Counted from the stretch's first letter, positions 37,901-50,865 are shown. The stretch: DNA of 64,000 nt from Mobula hypostoma (GCF_963921235.1 NC_086100.1:202432001-202496000), one strand, 5' to 3'. Notes: generated by a model from the sequence alone, not told the origin. Program-made: numbers and translations.

Positions 37901-38210
37901 CTTCCAAGGTGGAACCAAATACTATGAGGTCATCCAGGTACACCAATACCTCCAGCAAGTTCATATCCCCCACCATCTTCTCCATGACCCACTGGAAGTT
38001 TGTAGGAGCTCCCGATATGCCCTGGGGCATCCTTTCGAACTGGAAAAGTCCCAGGGGACATATAAAGGCTGTCTTCTTTTTATCAGCCTCACTCATGGGG
38101 ATCTGGTATTATCCACTTCTCAAATCCAGTACACTGAACCACTTCACACCACTCAGACAGGCCAGCGTGCCTTCGATCCGCGGGACCGTGTACTGCGCCT
38201 GTTCAGAGTC
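34913..38210 (-). mobile_element. Gypsy LTR retrotransposon remnant (RT fragment, integrase, PPT, partial 3' LTR)
   Basis: KTAFICPLGLFQFERMPQG, YLDD; ITDHYTRY, IHSDQ, HPQGDPQPERFN; RRSQRVRRPPDRL; PPT gggtggggggagagaa then TGTAACA at 35328. Confidence 0.88.
35572..36640 (+). mobile_element. Rex1/Babar-like LINE, 5'-truncated
   Basis: 219-aa RT ORF (GAPQGT, KFSDD, SRLYFLRRL); tail (GACTAT)n. Confidence 0.9.
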
Positions 38211-41200
38211 ATAGAAACATAGAAACACAGAAAATCTACAGCACAATACAGGCCTTTCGGCACACAAAGTTGTGTTGAACATGTCCCTACCTTAGAAATT
38301 ACTAGGCTTACACATAGCCCTCTATCTTTCTAAGCTGCATGTACCTACCCAAAAGTCTCTTAAAAAACCCTATCATATCCACCTCCACCACCGTCACTGG
38401 CAGCCCACTCCACGCACTCACCACTCTCTGAGTAAAAAACTTACCCCTGACGTCTCCTCTGTACCTACTCCCCAGCACCATAAAACTGTGTCCTCTTGTG
38501 GCAACCATTTCAGCCCTGGGAAAAAGCCTCTGACTATCCACACAATCAATGCCTCTCATCATCTTATACACCTCATCTGGTCACCTCTCATCCTCCGTCG
38601 CTCCAAGGAGAAAAGGCCGAGTTCACGCAACCTATTCTCATAAGGCATGCTCCCCAATCCAGGCAATATCCTTGTAAGTTTCCTCTGCACCCTTTCTATG
38701 GCTTCCACATCCTTCCTGTAGTGAGGCGACCAGAACTGAGCACAGTACTCCAAGTGGGGTCTGACCAGGGTCCTATATAGCTGCAACATTACCTCTCAGC
38801 TCCTAAATTCAATTCCACGATTGATGAAGACCAATACACCGTATGCCTTCTTAACCACAGAGTCAACCTGCATAGCAGCTTTGAGCGTCCTATGGACTCG
38901 GATCCCAAGATCCCTCTGATCCTCCACACTGCCAAGAGTCTTATCATTAATACTATATTCTGCCATCATTTTGACCTACCAAAATGAACCACTTCACACT
39001 TATCTGAGTTGAACTCCATCTGCCACTTCTCAGCCCAGTTTTTCAACCTATCAATGTCGCGCTGTAACCTCTGTCAGCCCTACACATTATCCACAACACC
39101 TGCAACCTTTGTGTCATTAGCAAACTTACTAACCCATCCCTCTACTTCCTCATCAAGGTCATTTATAAAAATCATGAAGAGTAGGGGTCCCAGAACAGAT
39201 CCCTGAGGCACACCACTGGTCACCGACCTCCATGCAGAATACAACCACTCTTTGCCTTCTGTGGGCAAGCCATTTCTGGATCCACAAAGCAATGTCCCCA
39301 TGCCTCCTTACTGTCTTACTTTCTCAACAAGCCTGGCATAGGGTACCTTATCAAATGCCTTGCTGAAATCCATATACACTACATCTACTGCTCTTCCTTC
39401 ATCAATGTGTTTAGTCACATCCTCAAAAAATTCAATCAGGCTTGTAAGGCACGACCTGCCCTTGACAAAGCCATGCTGACTATTCCTAACCATATTATAC
39501 CTCTCCAAGTGTTCTTAAATCCTGTCTCTCAGGATCTTCGCAATCAACTTACCAACCACTGAGTTAAGACTGACTGGCCTATAATTTCCTGGGCTATCCC
39601 TACTCCATTTCTTGATAAAGGAACAACATCTGCAACCCTCCAATCCTCTGGAACCTCTCCCGTCCCCATTGATGATGGAAAGATCATCGCCAGAGGCTCA
39701 GCAATCTCCTCCCTTGCCTCCCACAGTAGCCTGGGGTACACCTCATCTGGTCCTGGCGAGTTATCCAACTTGATGCTTTCCAAAAACTCCAGCACATCCT
39801 CTTTCTTAATATCTACATTCTCAAGCTTTTCAGTCTGCTGCAAGTCACCACTACAATCACCAAGATCCTTTTCCATAGTGAATACTGAAGTAAAGTATTC
39901 ATTAAGTACCTCTGCTATTTCCTCCGGTTCCATACATACTTTCCCACTGTCACACTTGATAGGTCCTATTCTTTCACATCTTATCCTCTTGCTCTTCACA
40001 TACTTGTAGAATGCCTTGGGGTTTTCCTTAATCCTGCCCGCCAAGGCCTTCTCATGGCCCCTTCTGGCTTTCCTAATTTCCTTCTTAAACTCCTTCCTGT
40101 TAGCCTTATAATCTTCTAGATCTCTAACATTACCTAGCTCTCTGAACCTTTTGTAAGCATTTCTTCTCTTCTTGACTAGACTTATTACAGCTTTTGTACA
40201 CCGCGGTTCCTGTACCCTACCATAAGTTTTCTGTCTCATTGGAACGTACGTATGCAAAATTCCACACAAATATCCTCTGAATATTTGCCACATTTCTTCC
40301 CTGAGGACATATGTTTCCAATTTAAGCCTCCAATTTCCTGCCTGATAGCCTCATAATTCCCCTTACTCCAATTAAATGCTTTTCTAAATTGTCTGTTCCT
40401 ATCTCTCTCCAACGCTATTGTAAAGGAGATAGAATTATGACCACTATCTCCAAAATGCTCTCCCACTGAGAGACTTGACAAGGTTCATTTCCCAATACCA
40501 GATCAAGTACAGCCTCTCCTCTTGTAGACTTATCTACATAGTGTCAGGAAACTTTCCTGAACACACCTATCAAACTCCAACCCATCTAAACCCCTTGCTC
40601 TAGGGAGATGCCAATCGATATTTGGGAAATTAAAATCTCCCATCACGACAACTCTGATATTATTACACCTTTCCAGGATCTGTTTCACTATCTGCTCCTC
40701 GATATCCCTGTTACTATTGGGCGGCCTATAAAAAGCACCCAGTAAAGTTATTGACCCCTTCCTGATTCTAACCTCCACCCACAGGGACTGCATAGACAAT
40801 CCCCTCATGGCGTCCACCATTTCTGCAGCTGTGACTCTATCTCTGATCAACAGTGCCACACCCCACCTCCTTTGCCTCCCTCCATGTCCTTTCTGAAACA
40901 TCTAAAACCCAGCACTTGAAGTAACCATTCCTGTCCCTGAGCCATCCAAGTCTCTGTAATGGCCACAACATCATATCTCCAAGTACTGATCCATGCTCTA
41001 AGCTCATCTGGTTTGTTCACAACACTCATTCCGTTAAAATTGACGCATCTCAAACCATTGGTCTGAGTGTGTACCTTCACTATCACCTGCCTATCCTCCC
41101 TCACACACTGTCTCCAAGCTTTCTCTATTTGTGAGCCAACCGCCTCTTTCCCAGTCTCTTCAGTTCGGTTCCCATCCCCAACAATTCTAGTTTAATCTCT

Positions 41201-41545
41201 CCCCAATAGCCTTAGCAACTCCCCCCCCCCCATGATATTGGTCCCCCTGGGGTTGAAGTGCAACCTGTGGTTTTTGTACAGGTCACACCTGCCCCAAAAG
41301 AGGTCCCAATGATCCAGAAATCTGAATCCCTGCCCCCTGCTCCAATCCCTCAGCCACGCATTTATCCTCCACCTCACTCTATTCCTATACTCACTGTCAC
41401 ATGGCACAGGCAGTAATCCCGAGATTACTACCTTTGAGGTCCTGCTTCTCAGCTTCCTTCCTAACTCCCTGTAGTCTGTTTTCAGGACCTCCTCCCTTTT
41501 CCTACCTGTGTCATTGGTACCAATATGTACCACGACCTCTGTGAC
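38211..41545 (-). mobile_element. CR1 LINE (ORF1 esterase end to 3' tail), pseudogenised
   Basis: [39 protein letters not shown]; catagaaa tail. Confidence 0.9.
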
Positions 41546-41549
41546 GTTT

Positions 41550-43297
41550 GGTAATTGACCCTGACCCCGGGCAGAAAATGGAAGAGGAGGGGACTGCCCC
41601 TAACCCCGGGGTGGGGTGAGAAGAGAAGGAAGTGTCCCTGACAACCGCGGAGTGGGGACGGGAGGCGACTGTTCCTGACCCCCGAGTGGGAGAGGGCGGG
41701 GAGGAGAGGTGTGGGGAGTCCCTGACCCCGGCTGCGGATTGGGAAGGGAGGGACTGTCCCGATCCCAAGTGGGGTACAGCTGATGGGGGCTGACCCTGAC
41801 CCCGGGTGCGGGATGGGAAGGGAGGGAACGGTCTCTGATCACGAATGGTGGGGAGGGCTGGTGGGAGGTGAGTCGCCCTCGGCATCCTGCTCATGGCCTG
41901 AGGACTCAGTCTCAATGACGGACCCCGCCGATCAGGGTCTGAGGGATCTCCGTACCGATCCCAGCGGCAGGGCCTGATCTTCCTGTGTGTGTTTGTGTAC
42001 CAGGGGTTATCCATCCGGAAGCTGCGGCCGGAATCAGCGCCGGCAACAAGTTATCCAGCGCGGGGAGAGGAACGCGTGTCCTTGGTCGGGAACGGGCTCC
42101 CCCGCGGTCTCCTCCCTCACCCTGTAAACAGCGTGGCCCTTCTCCCAGGCTAGCCTTCCAGAACCTTCTCACGTGTATCACTTCTTTCAGACAGAGCTCC
42201 TGCTCTCTTTTCAAATCACACTTTGACTCAAAATGCTGGAGGAAATGAGCTGGGCTGGCGGCATCCATCGAGTCAAATCGTTTCAGGCGAACTGCTGCGT
42301 CCCGGCGCGGTTCGGCGAGACAGGGAGAAGGATCTCGCAGTTCTTCCAGTGTTTTCAGCATGTTGGTCCCAATTTCCAGAATCTGCAGAAACTCAACCCC
42401 GGCTGCAACGCCGTCTGGCACACGGACGCGTGTACTAGTGACACTAACACAAGCTCGGGGCGAAGGAAATGGTGGGGGGGGGGCGGTGGTGGTCGGGAGG
42501 ATTTGGCGGACAGCAAGAGGGAAGATCACGTTCTCTCTTGCTGTGCACAGGTCCGGACACCTCATTTTAGCGACAGAGGGTGGGAACGCGAAAATCCCCG
42601 GAGAGGGCGGGAATGACAAGTTCCGAGTGGATGTGAAGAGCAGGTTCGTTCTCCTGCCAGCCGCTGAGTCCAGATCGCGCTGCCCGAGGCGGGGGGCGAA
42701 GGCAGAGACTACCACACCACCAAAGACTTATCGGGACCCGCACAGGAGGCAGCGTTACAGCCCAGTTCTCTGGGAAGAGGATAGTGTGGAGTGACAGGAT
42801 GTCGAGCATGGAAACAGTGGGCCGAAGAGCCTGCTGGTCTATCAGTTCCAGGAGGAACTCGCCCTGAAAGGAAAGGTCAGAGAGCGCGAACCCCTACCCC
42901 AAACCCACGTCCTCTCTCCCATGCAGACACCCGCACACGTCCAGTCGTCACCAAGTCCCCTCTTCACTGCCCACCCCTCCCCACAACTGCCCCTAGAAAG
43001 CTGCCAGAATAATCCCACTCCCGTTCGTCCCCACAGTTTCTGCCGAGCACGGTGGGCAGTTGTGTTGCTGCCGAAATTGTGACACTTCGGGCGGCCCCCA
43101 GCACATTCTTAGAGTTGTGTGCGTCGTTAACGCGAACGATGCAATTCATTATCTGTCTGGATGTACGTGTGATAAAGAAATAAATCTGAAACAATCGTCC
43201 CAGCTGCCCGTCCGCAGATCGCAGACCTGAGCCCAGAGTTTGCCCAGGACTGCAGGTTGGACAGATGGTTAGGGAGCCCTGAGATATGGCGGTGCTG

Positions 43298-43300
<3 letters not shown>
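41550..43300. promoter_or_regulatory. CpG-island-like, probable host promoter/first-exon region
   Basis: Visibly GC- and CpG-rich and mostly non-TE; E2F-like CGCGAAAA (~42587) and GGCGGGAA (~42606); splice-donor-like sites on both strands. Confidence 0.55.
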
Positions 43301-43395
<95 letters not shown>

Positions 43396-43438
43396 AGTGT
43401 GAGTGTGTGTGTGTGAGTGTGTGTGTGTGTGTGTGTGT

Positions 43439-43472
<34 letters not shown>

Positions 43473-43586
43473 GAGTGTGTGTGTGTTTGTGTGAGTGTGT
43501 GTGTTTGTGTGTGTGTGTGTGTGTGTGAGTGTGTTTGTGTGTGTGTGAGTGTGTGTGTGTTTGTGTGAGTGTGTGTGTTTGTGTTT

Positions 43587-43617
<31 letters not shown>
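43301..43617 (+). repeat. (GT)n microsatellite, interrupted
   Basis: Directly visible. Confidence 0.98.
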
Positions 43618-43942
43618 GGGGGGGGGGTCGCAGTGTCCGTGTGTCTCACTGGGTCGGACTGGGAAGGTCTGGGAACCGGGCGGGGTCAGGGGACGGGCAC
43701 CTACTGGCCGAGAGCTGGAAGGGGTTTGTGGACTGGGCTGGCTCGGGACTGTCAATCAGAGAGAGGAGGGTCAGGCGTATGAATTTCACATCGTGCTAGG
43801 CTGGCCGAGAGCAAGCAGGGATAGCGCCAACGATCTTGCCACTGAGCATCTGAGAGGGGAATTTCCTTCCGTGTTCGGTGAGTGTCCAAGCTAATCAGCT
43901 GTAACTGAGGAGAGTGTGAGCCTTCACGACGCATCCTCCCAG

Positions 43943-44014
43943 TGTGTGATGCGTGTGTGTGTGTGTGTGTGTGTGTGGTGCGAATGTGTATGTGTGTGTG
44001 TGCGTGTGTTGTCT

Positions 44015-44058
<44 letters not shown>
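43943..44058 (+). repeat. (GT)n microsatellite
   Basis: Directly visible. Confidence 0.95.
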
Positions 44059-44060
<2 letters not shown>

Positions 44061-44279
44061 TCTCCCTGTACGTGTTCAGTGTGTGCAGATATTTACCATA
44101 AGAGAATAGGATTGATAGTGTGCTCAGTGCGAGAGTGTGTGAATATATTTTCAGTGAGTGAGCACTGACTATGAGTGTGAACAGCAGGTGTGCACAATGT
44201 AAGGGTGCTGTGTATGAGTATGCTTGAAATGAGCTCATGCAGTGCAGGCGTTGTGCGGGTATGCACATCATAAGTTTGC

Positions 44280-44572
44280 AGACTGTGGTGTGCACAGTGT
44301 GGGTGTGTATGATGTGGATGTGTAGAGTGGTAGTGCACAGTATAAATGTGCACAGTGGTCAACCACAGTGGTAGTACGCTGTGTGGATGTGTACATTATG
44401 GGTATAACCATGTAGGTGTGCACAGTAGTAGTGTGCACAGTAGTAGTGCGCAGTGAGGTGTGCACAGTGGTGATACACAGTGTGGGTGTGCACAATGGTA
44501 GTGCACATTGTGGGTATGTACAAATTTTGTATGATATGAGTGTGCACAATGGTAGTACACAGTGTGACAGTG
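44280..44572 (+). repeat. Degenerate GTGTGCACAGTG low-complexity repeat
   Basis: Recurrent gtgtgcaca(g/a)t motif. Confidence 0.7.
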
Positions 44573-45052
44573 GTCCCATTGAATGTTATGGCGTGAGATC
44601 AGGATTTGTTTTGTTGAGTATCACCACTGCCTGGCACTGGTAGAGTGAATATTCATTATCATTCCTCGGTCTGGCCTGGATACCGTCCAGGTCTCGCTAA
44701 ATTTGGATGTGGACAGTTTCATTAATGCTGAACATTGTGGAGTCATCAGCCGACTTCCCTACTCGTGATCATTTGGGAAGGCGGACAGGGCACTTGCAGA
44801 TGGAACTGAATGCTGATTAGGTCAGAAGAGGACAGTTCCACACAGGAGCAGGTTCTTCATCCCACAGTATTCTGCCAAACTAATTAAACTGGCAATTACA
44901 CTGAGTACAATGTTTATACCCCTGCACCTCTGTACACAAATCATTATTGTCCATGTACCTAGGTGCGTGAAAAACTGTTTTGCATACTATCCATACAGGT
45001 CCTTTCATTAAAACAGTGTTGAGACGGTACAATAGCAGAATGCAGAGTAAAA

Positions 45053-46600
45053 TGTTAGTGTGTGTGCATTCTGAGAGTGTGTCAGTGGGTTTAGTGTGTG
45101 TGCATTCTGAGAGTGTGTCAGTGAGTTTAGTGAGTGTGCATTCTGAGAGTGTGTCAGTGAGTTTAGTGAGTGTGCATTCTGAGAGTGTCAGCGGGTTTAG
45201 TGAGTGTGCATTCTGAGAGTGTGTCAGTGTGTTTAGTGAGTGTGCATTCAATGAATGTGTCAGTGGGTTTAGTGAGTGTGCATTCTGAGAGTGTCAGTGT
45301 GTTTAGTGAGTGTGCATTCTGAGAGTGTGTCAGTGAGTTTAGTGAGTGTGCATTCTGAGAGTGTCAGCGGGTTTAGTGAGTGTGCATTCAATGAATGTGT
45401 CAGTGGGTTTAGTGGGTGTGCATTCTGAGAGTGTGTCAACGGGTTTAGTGAGTGTACATTCTGAGAGTGTGTCAATGGTGTCACATACCCCGTGACGGGA
45501 ATAAAGAATCAGCAGAAATAGAAAACACTCTGGAGTCCAGTATTGCTATTAACTAATATTTATTAGTAACTATGCAATACTGTAATATAAATGTAGATAA
45601 ATCAAACAGGTCAGCAATGATTATATATATAAGTAAGTAAATCAGTAAGTGTGGAAATATATTTGAAAACCAAGCTTCTTCAAGTCTAGGGGTAAAAAGA
45701 CACGGTCTTACAATGATGAGTAAAGTTGAGTTCAGTTCAGTTTGTGGTATTGAGTTGAGTAGTGATGGAGAGAGAGAGAGGGAGTGATTTGAGTCTTCAG
45801 GTGAGCTGCTGCCATCGATCTTCTCATTGTCCTTCGAAATCCTTTAAAAGTCACCAACTGTGATCACAACAATGGGGACCAGTTTTCTGTGGTGGAACTA
45901 TCACCCAGGTGAGGGTGGACACATGGACAATTCCCCACCAGTCAACCCCTTTCCTTTTCACTGCAAGAGCGACTGATCGATCTGCCTGATTGATCCTCCA
46001 AAAACCCACTTTTTCTGCGGGCACATTCAGTGTCCAAAACATGTGCCTGAGGTCTATCATCTGACCTCCTATTTTATCTTCCCGTGCTGAGCATCAACTG
46101 TCACTCAAATAACTCCTCCTTCCATTCTCTCTGTGTAAGAAATGTACAAGTATGCTATGTCCTTGGGAAGTATCAATACGCTGCCAGAAATCATAACATC
46201 GAGTGTCCATCAAATAACACTGCCTTCGGTCACCATAGCAACTTACGAGCTGCTCGGTGTCACCTCTCTCTCCAACTCAGCAGAAATCCAAAAGTTACTT
46301 CCAGTGCCTTAAAGTGACAGTCCAACAATTAGTCTTCGTCTATCTCTCTCTTTAAAACAAGATATTGATGTTAAATAACTCTCTCTCTCTCTTTTCAAAA
46401 GCACAGTTAATAGGGGTAAACGAGCACAGTTCATAGGGGTAATTCAGGATCCCGTCACAGTGGGTTTAGTGAGTGTGCATTCAATGAATATGTCAGTTGG
46501 TTTAGGCAGCGTGCATTTTGAGAGTGTGTCAGCGGGTTTAGTGAGTGTGCATTCAATGAATGTGTCATTGGGTTTGGTGTATGTGCATTTATTGTGTGTG
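45053..46600 (+). repeat. 34-36-bp minisatellite (gtttagtgagtgtgcattctgagagtgtgtcagtgg) split by a solo LTR
   Basis: About 12 units at 45053-45478 and about 4 more at 46460-46600. Confidence 0.9.
45479..46459 (-). mobile_element. Solo LTR
   Basis: TGTCACA...GTCACA termini on +, near-TSD ATGG/GTGG; reverse complement matches 22164-23659. Confidence 0.88.
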
Positions 46601-46714
46601 TCAGAGTTAAAGTGTGTACGTTTACCGTGAGAGTGCACTCAGTGACTGTGTTAGTATGTTTAATAAGTGTGTGTTTAATGTGAGTCTGTATTCAGTGATC
46701 TGTCAGCAGGTTTA

Positions 46715-46910
46715 GTGAGTATGTGTATAGAGTGAGTGTGTCAGTGCGTGTGGTGAATATGTGTATAGAGTGAGTGTGTCAGTGGATGTGGTGAGTATGT
46801 GTACAGAGTGAGTGTGGCAGTGGGTGTAGTGAGCATGTGTATTGAGTGAGTGTGTCAGTGGGTGTAATGAGTGTGCATTCAGTTAGACTGTGTTTAGTGT
46901 GAGTGTGTCC
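46715..46910 (+). repeat. ~38-bp degenerate minisatellite
   Basis: Units like gtgagtatgtgtatagagtgagtgtgtcagtgg. Confidence 0.7.
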
Positions 46911-47319
46911 ATAAGACCATGAGATATTATGCCCAGCGAGTCTGCTTTGTCATGTGTTCATGGCTGATCTATTTGCCCTCTCAGCCTCATTCTTGTGCCT
47001 TCTCCCTGTAATATAGCACGCCCTGATTTATCAAGAATCTATCATCCTCTGCCTTAGGGAGCTGCAATGACCTGCCCTCCACAACTGCCTGTGGCAACGA
47101 ATTCCACAAATTCACCTCCCTCTGGCATGAGATCTCATACCTGTTCTAAATGGACATCCCTCTGTTCTGATGTTGTGCCCTCTGTTACCAAACACCCCCA
47201 CAATAGGAAACATCTCCCCACATTCAACATTCGATCGGATTCAGTCAGATCCCACTCATTTTTAAAATTACAACGAGTACAGACCTTATAAAGCCTCAGC
47301 ATCACATCCCTGTTTCAGA

Positions 47320-47383
47320 AGAAATAGATGTATACACACACACACCACACACACACAGACAGACAGACAGACACACACACATG

Positions 47384-47414
<31 letters not shown>

Positions 47415-48620
47415 GTTAAATTAAATAAGCAGTGCAAAAAGGTAGCGAGATAGTGTTCATGGGCTCAACGTTAATTCATGTCCTTTCAGAAATCTGATGT
47501 CCCCCCACCATCAGATGGAGGAAACACTGAGTGTGTCTTCTGGCTCCCGTAGTTCCTTCCTGATGGTAGTAATGAGACGAGGGGCATGTCCTGCGGGATA
47601 GGGTGCTTCATGATGGATGGCACCTTTGAGGTATCGCTCCCTGGACGTGTCCTAGTGCCCATGATGGGGCTGGTGAGTTCACAACTTTCAGCAGCTTCTT
47701 TCAATCCCCGTGCAGTCGCACCCTCCCCTCACACACCCATAACAGACGGTGATGCAGTCAGTCAGAACGCTCTCCACCGTACATCTGTAGAAACCTGCAA
47801 GTGTCTTTGGTGACAAACCAAATCTCTTCAAATGCCAAATGAAGTATAGCCCCTGCTGCGTCTTATTTGGAACTGCAATTGATGGGGCAGGATAGATCCT
47901 CAGAGATGCTGACCCCCAGGAGCTTAGAATTGCTCGCTTTTCCACTCCTGGCCCCTCGACGAGGACTTCTCTGTATTGTCTCGTCTTACGCTTTCTGAAA
48001 TCCACCATCAGTTCTTTGGTCTTACTGATGGTAATTTTCGATCTCTAGGGTCTTTTAAGACTTTAACTATTCACGATTGTTTATTTTCAAGGTAAAACTA
48101 AGATACAGTTACTAAGCAGACCAAAGTAAGGGTGATACAAAGCAGATGAGGAACGAGAAACTAAAAATATTCGATATGGCGCTTTTGAAAAATCTATCAC
48201 CTTTATATCCAGATAATAGAAATTCCTAGATAAAGATAACCAAATTAAAAAGCTACATAATTATAACAAGTGTATAATATGCTACCACTTAGCCAATTAT
48301 AACATGAAAAAGAATATATAACTGCTGTACTGCCACTACCAGTAAGTGGAGAGGAACAGTCGATACTGTGAAAAATATATGAGTTCATTAAAGATATAAA
48401 TTGTTTAAGTAGTAATTATGTCAGGAAAAAAACCTACGATTTTAGTCTTCAGTTGTTCAGCTAATAGCACATAAAAAGCATTTTAAAGCACACCTCTTCC
48501 AACAAGTGCACAGTTGTTGCTGCGACACCACTCGACTAGCTGAATCTATCTCCCTCTCATCACCATCTGAAATCCTGACAATAGTTGTGTCGTCAGTACA
48601 TTTACAAACGGCGTCTTTGG
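47320..48620 (-). mobile_element. Old Rex1-like LINE remnant with an AT-rich insert (~48031-48490)
   Basis: MVDFRK, FYRCTVESVLTDCITVCYG, KCTDDTTIV; (CA)/(TA) tail. Confidence 0.7.
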
Positions 48621-49790
48621 ATCTTTGAACAGAACCCAATCAGTGTTCGGGATTGATTGGCAAGAAAAAAATGTAAGGCAGGAGCAAACGGAGCGGTCAT
48701 TTTTCGGAGTGGTCATCATTGGAATAGACAGGATTAGAGTGAAGATTTTGAGGTTTTAGATCTTTCAGGCTTCAGTGAGATAAGGCAAAAAAACTGTAGG
48801 TAGAATATTCCCCCACATTTATATTTGCTCAGTTAGAACCATAGAGATGCCAGGCTGGAGAGTGGAATGCTCCTCTTGCAGGGTGTGGGGAGGCAGAGAG
48901 ACTTTCAGTGACTACACCTGCGAGAAGTGCATCCAGCTGTAGCATTTAACAATCTGCATTAAGAAGCTGGAGCTGGAATTGGATAAACTCCAGACTATTC
49001 GGGAGGATGAGAAGCTGATAGATAGGACATATAGAGAGATAATTACACCCATGGCACAGGGCACAGGAAATTGACAGGACTGATGGTGATGGAGAGAAAA
49101 GACTGGTGTTTACAGATTTCAATTTGGAAATGTGGAGGGTGGGGTTCATCTTGAGGGTCTTGGGGAGCTGCAAGGTGTAAGTCACCGTGTTTACTTTCCT
49201 GAGAACTTTGAAGGGCCCAATAAACTTGGGTGCCAACTTCCTGGAAAACACCCCGAGAGGCAAATCCTGAGTAGACAACCAGAGTTGTTGCTAGGCTACA
49301 AAGCTGGTCTCTGTCTTCTCTTGCAGTTAGCCTTTATTTCAGCCTTCTGGGTAGAGGCCACCAAAATCTCCCCTGCCCTAGTCCATTCTTCCTTGCAGCA
49401 TCGGGCAAGACCTTCGGCCGCAGGAACCTCAACTTCCTGCTCAGCGAAGAGTGGTGGAGAACACTCAAAATGGCATTCGAAGAAAGACAAGTCCTGAGCC
49501 GAATACTGCAAAGTATTGTGGGCCAACTCTGCCCACATCGAATTGTCGCATCACTCATCTGGCTTTTCTGAGCCTAGGTACCTTAAGGTTCGTTCCATAT
49601 CCGAGATCACCCGCTCGGTCTGGCTGTTAGACTGCGGATGAAATCCAGAGGAAAGATTTGCTGTTGCCACAATCGAATGACCTCCAAAAACGTGACGTGA
49701 ATTGAGGACCGCGATCCCACACAACGTCCACTGGAAATCCGTGGATCCTGAAGACCTGGTGTAGGGCAACTTCAGCCACCAATGCTGTAG

Positions 49791-50390
49791 ATAATAATAA
49801 ATAATAATAATAATAATAAACTTTGATGCTAAATGGGAAGTTCTTTCGTTACAGCAACAACATTTAAAAACGCACAGCAGTGTGTAGACTTAACTAATAA
49901 TAAAGTACAGAAGAATAATGTACACAATAATAATTTAACAATGTGCAATAATTTGCAATAATTGCAATAATAATGTACAAATTAATAAACAGAGACGATT
50001 GTACCATGATATGTCTTCTCCTGTCGCTCAGAAATGAACTGTTGTATATGCTTATTGCATTTGGTAGGAGAGATTTTTTGTAATGATCCTTGTGACTGCG
50101 GAGTCTGTTTGAAAGTGTGCATAACTGTTTATTCAGTAGGTCATGGAGAGGATGTGCCTGATTGTCCATAATGGATAAGTTTGCTTAGTGACCTCCTCTC
50201 CACCACCAACTCAAGAGAGTCCAGGTTGTAGCCAAGGAAGGCTCCAGCCTTTCAGACGAGATTATTTAGTCCTTTCGCATCACCAGCGCTGACGCTGCTC
50301 TCCCAACGTAAAGCTGCAAAGAAGACTGCACTCGCTACAACAGACTCGTAAAAGATCTCCAACATCCGGAACAGGTAGAGGCTGAAGGAG
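49791..50390 (-). mobile_element. Rex1-like LINE 3' end with (TTA)n tail
   Basis: HPLHDLL...KSLLPNAISIYN; (taa)n on +. Confidence 0.75.
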
Positions 50391-50865
50391 CACTTGACAT
50401 TGGGTGCACATCTCGCAGGCCCGTACCTATAGTCGGAGCTCTCTCGCCATTTCAGGCCAGCAGTATCTTCTCTTCATGAACTCGAAGGCCCTGCCAATCC
50501 CCAGGTGAGAAGTCATTCATGATGCGTGTTCCCATTCAAGTACTTGAGATGTGACGAACTTGGGACGGACAGTCGACACAGAGGACCGTCCTTGGGAATC
50601 TCCCCTTGCGCCCAAACCTTGCAAACTAGTTCTCCAGCGAGTTAGCGCTATCACGTTAGCTAGAGAAAAATAGCGGCCGGCGACGGGACGAGGAATCCGG
50701 TTTCTGATTCTTTGACCCCGGTCGGTAGTTCAGAATGAAATTGAAGCAGTTAAAGAAAAGAGAACACATGTCCTACCTGGAATTAAGTCTTTTGGGCTCC
50801 TGAATATAAGCCAGGTTCTTGTGATCTGTCCATACAATAAAGGCGTTCTTAGACCACTCAAGCCA

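Noticed and set aside
41192..41533. SGNH/GDSL esterase-like ORF as a host enzyme
   Set aside because: Known CR1 ORF1 esterase domain, contiguous with CR1 ORF2 and repeated in other copies here.
41912..42715. 267-aa ORF as a single-exon host gene
   Set aside because: GC-rich low-stop sequence, non-ATG start, no recognisable domain and partly PLE-derived; only the sub-portion with ATG and donor is kept as a hypothesis.
42964..43894. His/Thr- or Cys/Val-rich ORFs
   Set aside because: Translations of the (GT)n microsatellite.
45053..45478. CRISPR-like array of ~36-bp repeats
   Set aside because: Units are directly tandem with no unique spacers, there are no cas genes, and the context is eukaryotic.
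50390..50770. GC-rich apparently unique segment
   Set aside because: The minus strand reads FNFILNYRPGSKNQKPD, a decayed Gypsy RNase H-integrase junction.
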